Shown here piece by piece: positions 23,101-30,442 of a stretch of 64,000 bases of DNA. The position numbers were made by a program, and so were the translations under genes. Positions within the stretch are counted from its first letter, which is position 1. Every line of letters begins with the position of its first letter. This DNA is from an uncultured cyanobacterium (GTDB lineage Bacteria > Cyanobacteriota > Cyanobacteriia > Pseudanabaenales > Pseudanabaenaceae). The notes below the pieces were generated by a model that was not told the origin of the DNA, ran no database searches, and saw nothing but the letters and a program-made list of their open reading frames with translations. The stretch spans positions 2,144,001 to 2,208,000 of the forward strand of contig OY969811.1 of the NCBI GenBank assembly GCA_963703315.1. The letters run 5' to 3'.

Positions 23101-23955
23101 GGAGACTGACCTATCTACAGAAATTTTAGGATCTGTCAAATCATCGGTTCTTTGAATTTTTTGTTGAGGGTGATCACTTCCTAAAGTAGCGTTCTCAGAG
23201 AAAATTTCATGATTTTGAATTACTGGTGTATTTCTGGTGGTTTCAGGGTTAGCAAAATCTGAAGTTCTTTGAATTTGTTGAGGGCGATCGCTTTCTGAAA
23301 TAGTGTTATAAGTTAAACTTTCAGGACTTTGAATTACTGATATATTTTTTGTAGTTTCAGGAATGATCAAATCAGATGTTCTTTGAATTTGTTGATCGCT
23401 ATCTAAGTTAGAGCTAGATGCAATTGGCGAATCATCAGATTCCTGAATAGATAAATTTTCGGATATATTAGCTGGTACATCTGATGTCAAATCATTTACT
23501 AGGGAAGGATTTGTAAGAGATTCTTGACTAGGTAATTCTAGAGAATTATTAATTTGTGGATTGTCTAGAACTTGCCGTTGAATTGATATAGATTGAGGAG
23601 GAGTATCTAGCGATCGCTGTAACTGTGAATTTGGTTGAGAAGATAGCTGCTGAGATTGAATATTAGGTTGACTTGATGCTTGCGGTATAGGTTCTAGATC
23701 GGATGAAGATTGAATCGGCTGATTGAAAAAAGGCAAGCTATCAAAGGAGTTATGCAAAGATCCTAAATCGCCACCAAATTCAATACTATCAGGATCGACT
23801 AACGAGATTGCCCCTAACGGATAAATAAATTTAGGTTGTAGAAATGACTGTCCCAGAGGCTGTGGTACAAGCAAAGGGGTGTAATTACCTAATGGAATTT
23901 CATCAGGTATACCATCGTTACTAGCATCAAAAGGAATTGCGGTATTTTCAGCCAT
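17140..23955 (-). CDS. Giant low-complexity CIS-associated protein with IQR repeats
   Basis: 2271-aa open frame rich in S/D/Q/N; about 45-50 [I/V]Q[R/K] motifs counted by eye; non-repetitive C-terminus LAQEIYVLLKQRLEIEKERQG; lies between tube and Afp7-like genes. Confidence 0.85.
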   Translation of the reverse strand: MAENTAIPFDASNDGIPDEIPLGNYTPLLVPQPLGQSFLQPKFIYPLGAISLVDPDSIEFGGDLGSLHNSFDSLPFFNQPIQSSSDLEPIPQASSQPNIQSQQLSSQPNSQLQRSLDTPPQSISIQRQVLDNPQINNSLELPSQESLTNPSLVNDLTSDVPANISENLSIQESDDSPIASSSNLDSDQQIQRTSDLIIPETTKNISVIQSPESLTYNTISESDRPQQIQRTSDFANPETTRNTPVIQNHEIFSENATLGSDHPQQKIQRTDDLTDPKISVDRSVSSNLETLSDSPVLESNAFQQVQRNPDFATPETTRDTSIIQNHEAFSDNNVASEIDHNPQIQKSSDSTNPEISLDRSVSSNLETFSDSPILGSNDFQQIQKISDLINPEASKNTPVVQNPKKFFDENTLESDCHQQIQKSSEINLSNSVSDKNTLPASNTETISSNTILEGEPPQIIQRTSDFLTFEINPNSSTSESNTSLVPNTETVSDNRVIESDRPQPVQETSTFANPEIHRDTSVSDNDISIAQSSENTLDSPVLEAKESFQHIQRASDLNTPNISLDCPILGNNNLESSNPINFSDNSVSAREDKSKIQRMPDLSSGDNAALQNDLTLPIQRNTNLISSENFVDIPVESDLISDIHNPENPFDRNCPESNNTQRIQRVADFSDSESSTDISLFQSPEIFSDSSILEGSNTQQIQLASDLPSPETLSDGSIVEGGTTQYIQKDYDSVNSSTSINKNSLASDRIQDIQRKLDGSPLDSNILHKDSSLTPEISQNFADNDVLESDQPQAIQRNSDLANLVSSKDTSVVQSSQNFTDKAASENSLSQKIQKSSDFTSPEISSDSLVTEENTSQHIQRSSDSRSSVADSNESVVQSSEAFSDRNVLESDQIQQIQNSSDLPSPAILVDSQPSESDRPQQIQRNLDFTSSQTSRDPSVIQGSKSFSNNTNTILESGHLQQVQRNDDITSSEIPVDSSILESDSSVVQSSETFSNKSFLESNQSQQIQRDYDFSNSESSTDTSLFQSPEIFSDVVAESDHPQQIQRNSDLVTPDINLKSTISESSTPVVIDSPEMFSGNAVTESDSPQQIQRTSNLNTPEINLNSSILESNTSVIQNPETVSGNAVTKNDRFQQIQRASDLITPEITFNSNDLENITSIPQSNETLDAYIPESDRPQSIPIISDLNSPISDITVSQDTQSQPIQKTADLTSSKPSIDSIASPREYLLSGVQRSSDLGIPISSSDNSILENNLTQDIPKLSDVPSLNINILQDDSNLTPIPSFTSFTDSAAVEVNQPQQIQRDSDINSPENSRDTSVVQSSETLSKRGISERDRSPQIQRNDDLSNPEITLGSNDLETINSLSQSNETLDSIVPEVNQTQQIQRNADVISSTISRKILASDTAISTVQSSENISDSHISESGFPQQIQRSSNLDFPNIPVDISVVDSNKSVVQSSEASSDNNILKSDQREQIQKSSDVVSSKILVDSQISERDRAQKIQRASNLINPEISVVRPVEEINPSTNLTFKTSTDTTATESDHSQQKIQRTSDLITPEINLGSNNLETVTSVSPSNETLDAYIAESDRPQQVQRAFNLTNPEISVDNPILESDTSVIPSPTNFADNSISETDVTQKIQRSSDLTSAKSLVDSPVLKSDDISIQKISDFTSPVISKDTSLVQSIETTSDNTVSESDRPQQIQRTSDLITPEINLGSNNLETVTSVSPSNETLDAYIAESDRPQQVQRAFDLTNPEISVDNPILESDPLAISSPTNFANSSISESNVTRQIQRSSDLTSPESLVDSPVLESDYTSTQEISKETLLVHSPEPISDNAGISGSDYTQRNQTNNSKTFSDSSVTKEDTTQKIQKSPNLTSPKISLDNSVLDTPSSAAPNPETSTDRVSSKSLDSIQAQQIQRKDDFSNSETSQDISVVQSLPTSSSNSDDPVTESDYPQQIQRDDNLINTKIAVDSPVTESNISTDKISETDYNKSVAKVDITQQIQKISTADNEDQKIIQMMTDTSNDQELKLPTVIQNLGQTEYLGNFSSLTTSKSPITNSQRLLSKSSSNQLSPNSLSNNLPTTIQTKHEQNSDLNETGSMGWSNISELLANLPPPTSSSNSSTNSLNKQQTNSSDRSSLASSTSTSSTSLPSSTTTIQRSPDPSYVNNNVNSDNDQDLYLTPTGLQKGNPNQVVQTKSNSISNAIQRSSENGNSQNSDLPEATVSVQPRQEQENEDEENFSKNLESLAQEIYVLLKQRLEIEKERQGSHYQGRLPW

Positions 23956-23958
23956 GTT

Positions 23959-24465
23959 TTAAGAACTAGGGAAAGAACCATTATTTGCATCTCGCGCTAC
24001 CACAGAAGCAACACCACCACCCGTTGTCGCTACCGTCAAGCCTTCAATCGCTAAAGTTAACTCTTCGATCGCCACAGCATTACCATCAGCTTGTAAGGAT
24101 GGCGCTTGCCAACTGACAGGAATTGCACCAATCAAAGTCCAGCATTGTCTAGTTTCACCCGCTTGATTAAATAGCAAAATCCGAATATTCCGTCGTCGCG
24201 ATGTAGTTGCTGTAAACCAACTCCAAAAGCTGAGGTCATCAGTTACGCCACGTTTAAGCTTTACCTCCGAAAAAGATGCATGACCTAAGAGAATCTTCTG
24301 TTGGTTATTATTACCACCCTCAAAATAGGTTTCGTAGTTTACTTTGGCACTCAACCCAGCACATTCTGTAAAACAAGCCACAATCGTTGAATCAGGAGTC
24401 ATTTCCACATAGAAGTGATTAGTGGTGACGTAGGACTCAGCCCTAGCAAATCCGCTACTGGTCAT
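23959..24465 (-). CDS. Phage T4 gp19-like tail tube protein (Afp1/5-like)
   Basis: FTECAGL, EGGNN, LKRGVT, W..GAIPVSW and AIEELTL motifs. Confidence 0.93.
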   Translation of the reverse strand: MTSSGFARAESYVTTNHFYVEMTPDSTIVACFTECAGLSAKVNYETYFEGGNNNQQKILLGHASFSEVKLKRGVTDDLSFWSWFTATTSRRRNIRILLFNQAGETRQCWTLIGAIPVSWQAPSLQADGNAVAIEELTLAIEGLTVATTGGGVASVVARDANNGSFPSS

Positions 24466-24638
24466 AACCTACCCTCATAATTTCTGCCAGTGCGTTCTTT
24501 TTGCTGTCGCAGATCATCGGCAAGCAATTCATAGACCCGATCGCTAAGTAATCTCATCTGTAAAGGTTCCTGAAGAATTTTGGCAGCAAACTTGGCTAGT
24601 TCTGCCTTTGCCTTTAGTTCATCAGAATGCTTTACCAT
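24462..24638 (-). CDS. Small 58-aa CIS-associated protein (not in the ORF track)
   Basis: Translates as MVKHSDELKAKAELAKFAAKILQEPLQMRLLSDRVYELLADDLRQQKERTGRNYEGRL; stop overlaps the tube ATG (ATGA); resembles the giant protein's C-terminus. Confidence 0.75.
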   Translation of the reverse strand: MVKHSDELKAKAELAKFAAKILQEPLQMRLLSDRVYELLADDLRQQKERTGRNYEGRL

Positions 24639-24657
24639 CGGGATTTTACTGAATTTT

Positions 24658-24687
24658 GTATATTTACACGTATATTCACACGTATAT
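24658..24687. promoter_or_regulatory. 12-bp tandem direct repeats upstream of the CIS operon; possible operator
   Basis: GTATATTTACAC-GTATATTCACAC-GTATAT about 20 bp upstream of the first ATG. Confidence 0.3.
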
Positions 24688-24738
24688 CTATTCTATCGTA
24701 ATACCAAAATTTTGTTATGCGCGGTTTCTCTTGATTTG

Positions 24739-24842
24739 TAAGTAGCTAGGCATAAGTAAACTTAAAACCTAGAAGCTTGTGCCGCCCGCTACGCGGGCGG
24801 CACAAGCTCTGGTTTTGGTTTTTAACTATGCTGAGCTACTTA
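24739..24842. mobile_element. TA-flanked MITE-like element with a central GC hairpin
   Basis: TA|AGTAGCTAGGCATA ... TATGCTGAGCTACT|TA; central hairpin AGCTTGTGCCGCCCGC-TAC-GCGGGCGGCACAAGCT. Confidence 0.6.
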
Positions 24843-24871
24843 ACGAAATGACGTGCGTCATTTCGTTAAGA

Positions 24872-27268
24872 CTATTTGATCGGGAACTTCAAAGGAATTA
24901 ATCCCGTTTGTTTCAATAAATTCTGGGCTTCCTCGGTTCTCATGATTGCCACAAAACGCTCAGCGATCGGTACGCGCCGATTGTCGCGGGTATAGACGAC
25001 GGAAATCGGATAGGCAAGGGGATAGGTTTGATTAATAAAAGCTGTGTAGTTTTGGATATAGCTACCTTTTTCATTACAGAGATCGATATCAGGGGCGATC
25101 GCCTTTCCTGTTTTAAAAACTAACGGTGGGACAAATGATTTGTAATCATCGGCAAGAGTCAAGGGATAAACTGAGCATTGTCCAAAAACTTGACTGATGG
25201 AGCCGAAGGAAATACTACCAATATTGCGATCTTCAAAATCTTGAATTACTTGTCGTAAGGAATCAAAAACTGATAAGGATGAGATTCCATTACTGCCTTC
25301 CTGTTGCAATTGTCGAAAAGCAGCGATCGCCGCTTCATCCTTGAGAACTCGATTTTCAAAGATTTTGATGGACTCACTATCTAGAGGTATATAGAGCTTG
25401 ACAGGTAAATTAGGTCCCCCTAACTGTCGCCAATTGATAATTTCGCCTGTGTAGAGTTGGCGCAATTGGGCAAAGGTAAGTCTGCCTTGGAGGGCTGTCG
25501 GTAAGCTGTTATTACGTTGGGCATAACTAAAAGCCACAAATACCGTTAAGCCATCGTAGGCAATATCTTGAGTAATGAAATTGCCACCTCGATTATTAAT
25601 TACGCTAGAGATGGCAAAGTCGGCTTGGTTGGATTGCAACTGGGAGATCGTTGACTGATCATTGCTGATAGGTTGATAGCTAAGCTGAAGTTTTGGTTGA
25701 CGTTTTTGTAGTTCATCTTCAAGGGTTGCACCTTTAGCAATCAAATTATTTTGGAGAAGTGTGTAATTCCAAGTGCCATTCTTCTCTGATGTATAGGTAA
25801 ACTTACCTTCGGGAATATCCGATATTTGGTTAATGCAGCAGGGGAAGTTCAAATTAGCCGCTTTGGGCGGTTGGGTTAACCAGAAATATAACAAGAAAGC
25901 TAGTAAAACTAAGAGAATGACTGCAATAGCGATCGCAATTACTTTCTTGGTGATCCAACTCCACCAAGTTTTTTTCTGTTCAAATCCTACTGCTTTTTGA
26001 TCAACGAATTCAATAATTGCTTCACGATCAATATGGATACGGAGTAAAGCTCGACGGGCTACTTCGGCACTACTATAACTAGTCTCACCAAACCCAATCA
26101 AGTTCTGAATAAACTTTCGCAAACCAGCATTAGTTTGGATTCCCCAATGGTTAATTTCGTGGGGATTTAGACAAGTCCGATTTTCTAAATCAATCACACC
26201 ACCTTGTAATAGATAGAACGCGATATAGCCCAAATCTTCAAGATCGCGATTGATGGAATACGTTGGCGCTTGGGTGTCTGGTGTATAAAATCGATCTTCC
26301 CAAAGTGCCATATCACTAAGATAAATCGTAAATCCTTGGAAATTCGATCTAATGGCAATGCTATAAAAAGTCAAGTTGCCGTGAGGTAAGCCTGATGTAA
26401 CTACACCAGAGCGTAGTCTGTACTTTTGAGAGTGCAAGGATTCAAGAGTCTGTAAAGCTTGATTGAGAAATGACTTGACTTGCCAGCTATTCATCGCTCC
26501 ATTAATTGCGAGATAGTCAGCTAAAGCGATCGCCTGATCACTTTGAGGAAGAATTACATAACATCGTTCTTCGCGACTATCAGCGATCGCCTCAATTGGC
26601 GTTACTAACCGTGAGTCTTGGACTCTACCATCCGATAGTTTTAGCTCTGCGGAAGCTTCAAAATTGCGTTGACAAGCTCTAGTTTCCTGTTCATTAAAAT
26701 ATTTTTTAGGAATGACATATTCCTTCAGTAAAAACGATTCTCCATCCGATAGGTTAGTGGCGTTATAAAGTCTGCCACTGCCACGAATACCAATGTAATT
26801 ATCTACTTGATAAACTCCTTTTCTTCCACGCAACTTTACTTCAGAAGGTAAACTGGCTGGGAACTGACATTTTTTACAATATTTATTATTGGGATCGTCG
26901 ATAACGGTTTCATGGGGATATTCACACCGAAAAGGGTTGGATTCTTGACATTTATAACGCAAAAATTGCGGCTTAATTTGCCAGATCGTCCCCACTCGCG
27001 ACTCAATGGCAATTTCTTTTAAAACCTCCTTAGTCTCTAGCTTTTCAGGAAGACCAATACCTTTAAAGGAAGTAATTGAAGGAGGCTCAATCCCTAAGTC
27101 ATCCCGCAAAAATGGAATCAGAAACCGTAAAGGTGCAGGAACGTTTTTGTTTAAAAATTCAACAAAACGATTACCAATGAGACCATCGATCGCTCCAAGA
27201 AACTGACTCCAAACTTCGGTAATGCGTTTCCATAGTTTTTGCCAGACATTCGGAGCTTTACTTGCCAT
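24872..27268 (-). CDS. Membrane protein: Cys-rich prefix + Ser/Thr kinase-like domain + TM + PstS/PBP-like substrate-binding domain
   Basis: YCKKCQFP; GxRGSGRLY, LLKEY and LPHGNL (degenerate catalytic loop); a TM; IAYDGL, QLRQLYTGEIINW and YPLAYPI PBP motifs. Confidence 0.8.
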   Translation of the reverse strand: MASKAPNVWQKLWKRITEVWSQFLGAIDGLIGNRFVEFLNKNVPAPLRFLIPFLRDDLGIEPPSITSFKGIGLPEKLETKEVLKEIAIESRVGTIWQIKPQFLRYKCQESNPFRCEYPHETVIDDPNNKYCKKCQFPASLPSEVKLRGRKGVYQVDNYIGIRGSGRLYNATNLSDGESFLLKEYVIPKKYFNEQETRACQRNFEASAELKLSDGRVQDSRLVTPIEAIADSREERCYVILPQSDQAIALADYLAINGAMNSWQVKSFLNQALQTLESLHSQKYRLRSGVVTSGLPHGNLTFYSIAIRSNFQGFTIYLSDMALWEDRFYTPDTQAPTYSINRDLEDLGYIAFYLLQGGVIDLENRTCLNPHEINHWGIQTNAGLRKFIQNLIGFGETSYSSAEVARRALLRIHIDREAIIEFVDQKAVGFEQKKTWWSWITKKVIAIAIAVILLVLLAFLLYFWLTQPPKAANLNFPCCINQISDIPEGKFTYTSEKNGTWNYTLLQNNLIAKGATLEDELQKRQPKLQLSYQPISNDQSTISQLQSNQADFAISSVINNRGGNFITQDIAYDGLTVFVAFSYAQRNNSLPTALQGRLTFAQLRQLYTGEIINWRQLGGPNLPVKLYIPLDSESIKIFENRVLKDEAAIAAFRQLQQEGSNGISSLSVFDSLRQVIQDFEDRNIGSISFGSISQVFGQCSVYPLTLADDYKSFVPPLVFKTGKAIAPDIDLCNEKGSYIQNYTAFINQTYPLAYPISVVYTRDNRRVPIAERFVAIMRTEEAQNLLKQTGLIPLKFPIK

Positions 27269-27337
27269 AAATTGCTTGCCTTATTCCCTGTTGCTATAGA
27301 CTATTATCACTAATGTTACAATGTTTGGGATAAGATT

Positions 27338-27362
27338 TGTAAAATAACTGTTTCAGCCATAT
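27338..27362 (-). repeat. Spacer repeat, copy 1 (partial; decayed antitoxin-like gene start)
   Basis: Minus strand ATGGCTGAAACAGTTATTTTACAA. Confidence 0.6.
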
Positions 27363-27417
27363 TCTTCTCAACAATAAATCATAAAATCAGCGATCGCCTT
27401 ACTATTTGATACTTCTG

Positions 27418-27718
27418 CTAGAGGTGAAGTATTAACTTATCGTATTCTGCATGGGAGTCTATCCAAAACCAGATAACTGTATCTTTATCCAATTGTCCGA
27501 CAGCACGATAGTTTTTGCTAATACGCACTGAATAGATTGGTAGTTCTGAATGTATTTTTTTAAATCGTAAGCTGGGATGACTTGGATCTTCTTTAAAATG
27601 AATTATTCCATTGAATTTCATCTTCGAGTTCTTCTAAAATTATCATGGCGATCGCGTCTTGTTGCTCGACAGATAATGTTTTTAGTTTGGTAATTGTGCG
27701 ATCGAGTAACTCTGTCAT
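27418..27718 (-). pseudogene. Internally deleted antitoxin + RelE/ParE-like toxin pair
   Basis: An antitoxin-like 5' part (MTELLDRTITKLKTLSVEQQDAIAMIILEELEDEIQWNNSF*, 27718-27593) abuts a toxin 3' part (KEDPSHPSLRFKK..YSVRISKNYRAVG..WFWIDSHAEYD) that lacks its N-terminus. Confidence 0.7.
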
Positions 27719-27767
27719 GGTTTCTATGTTCTTTAGTGAGAGTTAGTTATTACTGTATTTTAACTTT

Positions 27768-27827
27768 TATCGCTAAGCATTGGTACAATCCTTCTGGTAT
27801 TTGCAAAACAACTGCTTCAACCATATT
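27768..27827 (-). repeat. Spacer repeat, copy 2
   Basis: Minus strand ATGGTTGAAGCAGTTGTTTTGCAAATACCAGAAGGATTGTACCAATGCTTAGCGAT. Confidence 0.8.
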
Positions 27828-27876
27828 GTTAATAGAATCGCTAAATTTTTATATCTAGCGATCACACGAAAACATA

Positions 27877-28950
27877 TTAATCCTGTTCTGATGAAGGTAA
27901 TCGCTGACGTGCCGATGCGATCGCTTGTTGGAGTTTTGCTTGAAGCAATTCTTTGGGTGGTAATACGGTGAGATATTCGGCGACATGGATACCGCTTTTG
28001 TCTAGTTCAAGTAATTCAATTTGTTCTTGTTTTTTACCTGCACATAAAATGATGCCCAATGGTGATTGTTCATCACTCTCTTGGTCATATTTGGCAAGCC
28101 AACGTAAATAAAGTTCCATTTGGCTTTTGTATTCATGGCGAAAGTTACCTAGTTTGAGGTCGATCGCTACTAGTCGTTTGAGTTTGCGGTTATAGAACAG
28201 CAGATCAATATAAAAGTCATCGTTATCGATTTGGATGCGTTTTTGTCGTGCGATAAAGGTGAATCCTGCACCAAGTTCTAATAAAAATTTCTCGATGTCC
28301 CGTAAGATAGCATCTTCGAGGTCTTTTTCGAGATAGCGATCGCTTATATCTAAAAAGTCTAGGATATAGGGATCTTTAAGCAGTAAATCAGGGGATATTT
28401 GCTTGTTTTGGCGAAGTTGTTCTAAATCGTGGCGAATAGTTTCTTCGGGCTTGCGTGAAATTGCAGTGCGCTCGAAAAGCATGGAGTTGATGCGTTCTTG
28501 CAGTTGGCGAGATGACCAGCCCTCTAAGCAGCAGATTTCGATGTAGAAGTTTCGTTTTAGTGGATCATCAAAGTACATGAGGGTCTTGATGTGTGTCCAG
28601 CTTAATTGTCTCCGCAGTGCAGAGACAATTTGCTCGTCAGGGAAAGTCTCTGCAAAATGAAGGCAATGTCTGAGTTGTTTTTCGCTCCAGCCTTTGCCGT
28701 AAGTTTGTGTAAGTTTTTGAGATAGGGTTGCAATAATTTGTTTGCCATATTCGGCACGTTGACCTTGCAGTATTTCGGTTTGAATGCGATCGCCGACTTG
28801 CCAATAGAGTAGAGTAATTTCGGCATTGATGGCAACGGCAGCGCGTTGTTTGGCGGCATCAATAAGCTGACGAATTTCGCTAAAGAGTGTTTGCGGTGTT
28901 TCTTGGATATTTGGAGTAATTTGTGGCGGGTTGCGATCAGCTTCGTTCAT
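27877..28950 (-). CDS. YhcG/DUF1016 family PD-(D/E)XK nuclease-like protein
   Basis: LLYWQVG, AEYG, LSWTH, KDPYILDFL, FLLELGAGF, IDLLFY and DLKLG motifs. Confidence 0.93.
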   Translation of the reverse strand: MNEADRNPPQITPNIQETPQTLFSEIRQLIDAAKQRAAVAINAEITLLYWQVGDRIQTEILQGQRAEYGKQIIATLSQKLTQTYGKGWSEKQLRHCLHFAETFPDEQIVSALRRQLSWTHIKTLMYFDDPLKRNFYIEICCLEGWSSRQLQERINSMLFERTAISRKPEETIRHDLEQLRQNKQISPDLLLKDPYILDFLDISDRYLEKDLEDAILRDIEKFLLELGAGFTFIARQKRIQIDNDDFYIDLLFYNRKLKRLVAIDLKLGNFRHEYKSQMELYLRWLAKYDQESDEQSPLGIILCAGKKQEQIELLELDKSGIHVAEYLTVLPPKELLQAKLQQAIASARQRLPSSEQD

Positions 28951-28982
28951 AGGATTTCTCTATTTTGAGAATAAGTATTAAG

Positions 28983-29042
28983 GCGATCGCTAAGCGTTGG
29001 TATAAATGCTTCTAGTATTTATAAAACAACGGTTTCAGCCAT
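28983..29042 (-). repeat. Spacer repeat, copy 3 (ends in a perfect HIP1)
   Basis: Minus strand ATGGCTGAAACCGTTGTTTTATAAATACTAGAAGCATTTATACCAACGCTTAGCGATCGC. Confidence 0.8.
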
Positions 29043-29063
29043 TTTTTGTAAATAGCATTGAAT

Positions 29064-29402
29064 TTAATTTCCGCTAATTTCTACTAATGATTCACCTGTA
29101 GCCAGAATTTCTAATGCTCTAGGTAAAGTAGCAGTTAGAATCTCTTTTAATTGGGCATTGGAAGTATTGCCAAACGTCAACCAAATAATTTGCGGTGGCG
29201 ATCCGAGCCGTTCAACTAGATCGACAAAATCACTATCTTTGGTCATGAAAATAATTTGCTGAGCTTTACCTGCTTCAAATATTTCTGGATCTTCTGCATC
29301 TCTTAAACCCAGATCTCGTAAAGCGAAGGCGCTTATGTTAAAGGTTCTAGAGATCCAAGGGGCGATCGCTGGTGATAAATGGGCATCAATCCAGATTGTC
29401 AT
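29064..29402 (-). CDS. DUF5615 family PIN-like toxin
   Basis: IWIDAHLSP, LRDAEDPEIF and TKDSDF motifs; ATGA overlap with the DUF433 gene. Confidence 0.9.
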   Translation of the reverse strand: MTIWIDAHLSPAIAPWISRTFNISAFALRDLGLRDAEDPEIFEAGKAQQIIFMTKDSDFVDLVERLGSPPQIIWLTFGNTSNAQLKEILTATLPRALEILATGESLVEISGN

Positions 29403-29623
29403 GCGACTAATACGGGATGATTGAGTTTACGCGATGCATAGGCTAGTGCTGCTTTTAGGTCATCTCTTTCTAGATCGGGCATTTCTTCTAAAATCTCTTC
29501 GGCACTTAGTCCAGCTACAAACAAATCGAGAACATCTGAGACGCGAATTCTCATGCCACGAATGCAGGGACGACCGCCACATTGTCTGGGGTTGATAGTG
29601 ATTCTTCTAAGTAGTTCTGGCAT
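29399..29623 (-). CDS. DUF433 antitoxin
   Basis: RITINPRQCGGRPCIRGMRIRV signature. Confidence 0.93.
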   Translation of the reverse strand: MPELLRRITINPRQCGGRPCIRGMRIRVSDVLDLFVAGLSAEEILEEMPDLERDDLKAALAYASRKLNHPVLVA

Positions 29624-29676
29624 TTGAGTAGTTTCCTAACACTTTTCTCTAGTATAAATGGGTTGTATGGTAGTGC

Positions 29677-29735
29677 ATCGCTAGGCGTTGGTACAATGCT
29701 TCTGGTATTTGCAAAACAACTGTTTCAGCCATATT
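29677..29735 (-). repeat. Spacer repeat, copy 4
   Basis: Minus strand ATGGCTGAAACAGTTGTTTTGCAAATACCAGAAGCATTGTACCAACGCCTAGCGAT (MAETVVLQIPEALYQRLA). Confidence 0.8.
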
Positions 29736-29811
29736 TTTTCAATAGGTTAAATCATCTTTATTTTATAGTCTATAATCCTAGATGATGTTGATTTTGAGGC
29801 TGAGTACTAAT

Positions 29812-30018
29812 ATGGCTGTAGCTAAAAAAGTTAGTCAAGAAAAAACAAGTAGTACTAGTAAGAAATCTGCTGGTGTTAAAAATTCTTCTCGGAAAAAGAA
29901 CTTAAGCCGTAAAGAGAAGTTGGAGTTGATTAGAAAAGCTAATCAGCTTCTGGAAAATGTTTGGGATAAGATTTACGATTCTCACCATCAGACTACGGAT
30001 GCCAAAATTAACCTTTGA
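29812..30018 (+). CDS. Small basic protein, putative antitoxin of the downstream PIN toxin
   Basis: Overlaps the PIN gene start; 68 aa from the ATG at 29812. Confidence 0.6.
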   Translation: MAVAKKVSQEKTSSTSKKSAGVKNSSRKKNLSRKEKLELIRKANQLLENVWDKIYDSHHQTTDAKINL

Positions 30019-30442
30019 CACCAATATTTTTATCACGCATAAGCGGATCAAACTTCCTGAAAGTTTCTATATGTCGGTGGTTGTACTTCAGGAATTAGTT
30101 GCTGGGGCGGATGATGATGCAACTGTAAAAAAGCTTTTGAACATCAAAAAGTTTTACGAAAAGGTTGATAGGTTGCTTGTTCCTAATGCTGAGGATTGGT
30201 GGCTTGCGGGTAAGGTGATTAATTCTTTGCAGCGTGGGCTAAAGTCTGAGAGGGGTGGGCTTGCGCCTAAAATGACTGCGGATCAAAAGCATCGAATTAG
30301 TCATGATGTTTTGATTGCTCGGACAGCAAAACGGGCTGGGGTAACTGTAATTACGGACAATATCAAGGATTTCGAGGCAATTCAGAAGTTTTGTAATGTG
30401 CGTTTGATGAGTAGTGGTGAGTATTTTGAGAATAAGTATTAG
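29999..30442 (+). CDS. PIN-domain (VapC-like) toxin
   Basis: FDTNIFI, VVLQEL, HDVLIA and TDNIKDF acidic residues. Confidence 0.88.
   Translation: MPKLTFDTNIFITHKRIKLPESFYMSVVVLQELVAGADDDATVKKLLNIKKFYEKVDRLLVPNAEDWWLAGKVINSLQRGLKSERGGLAPKMTADQKHRISHDVLIARTAKRAGVTVITDNIKDFEAIQKFCNVRLMSSGEYFENKY

Noticed and set aside
27418..27621. 67-aa ORF as an intact toxin
   Set aside because: Its first residues are out-of-frame antitoxin sequence; the real toxin N-terminus appears deleted.
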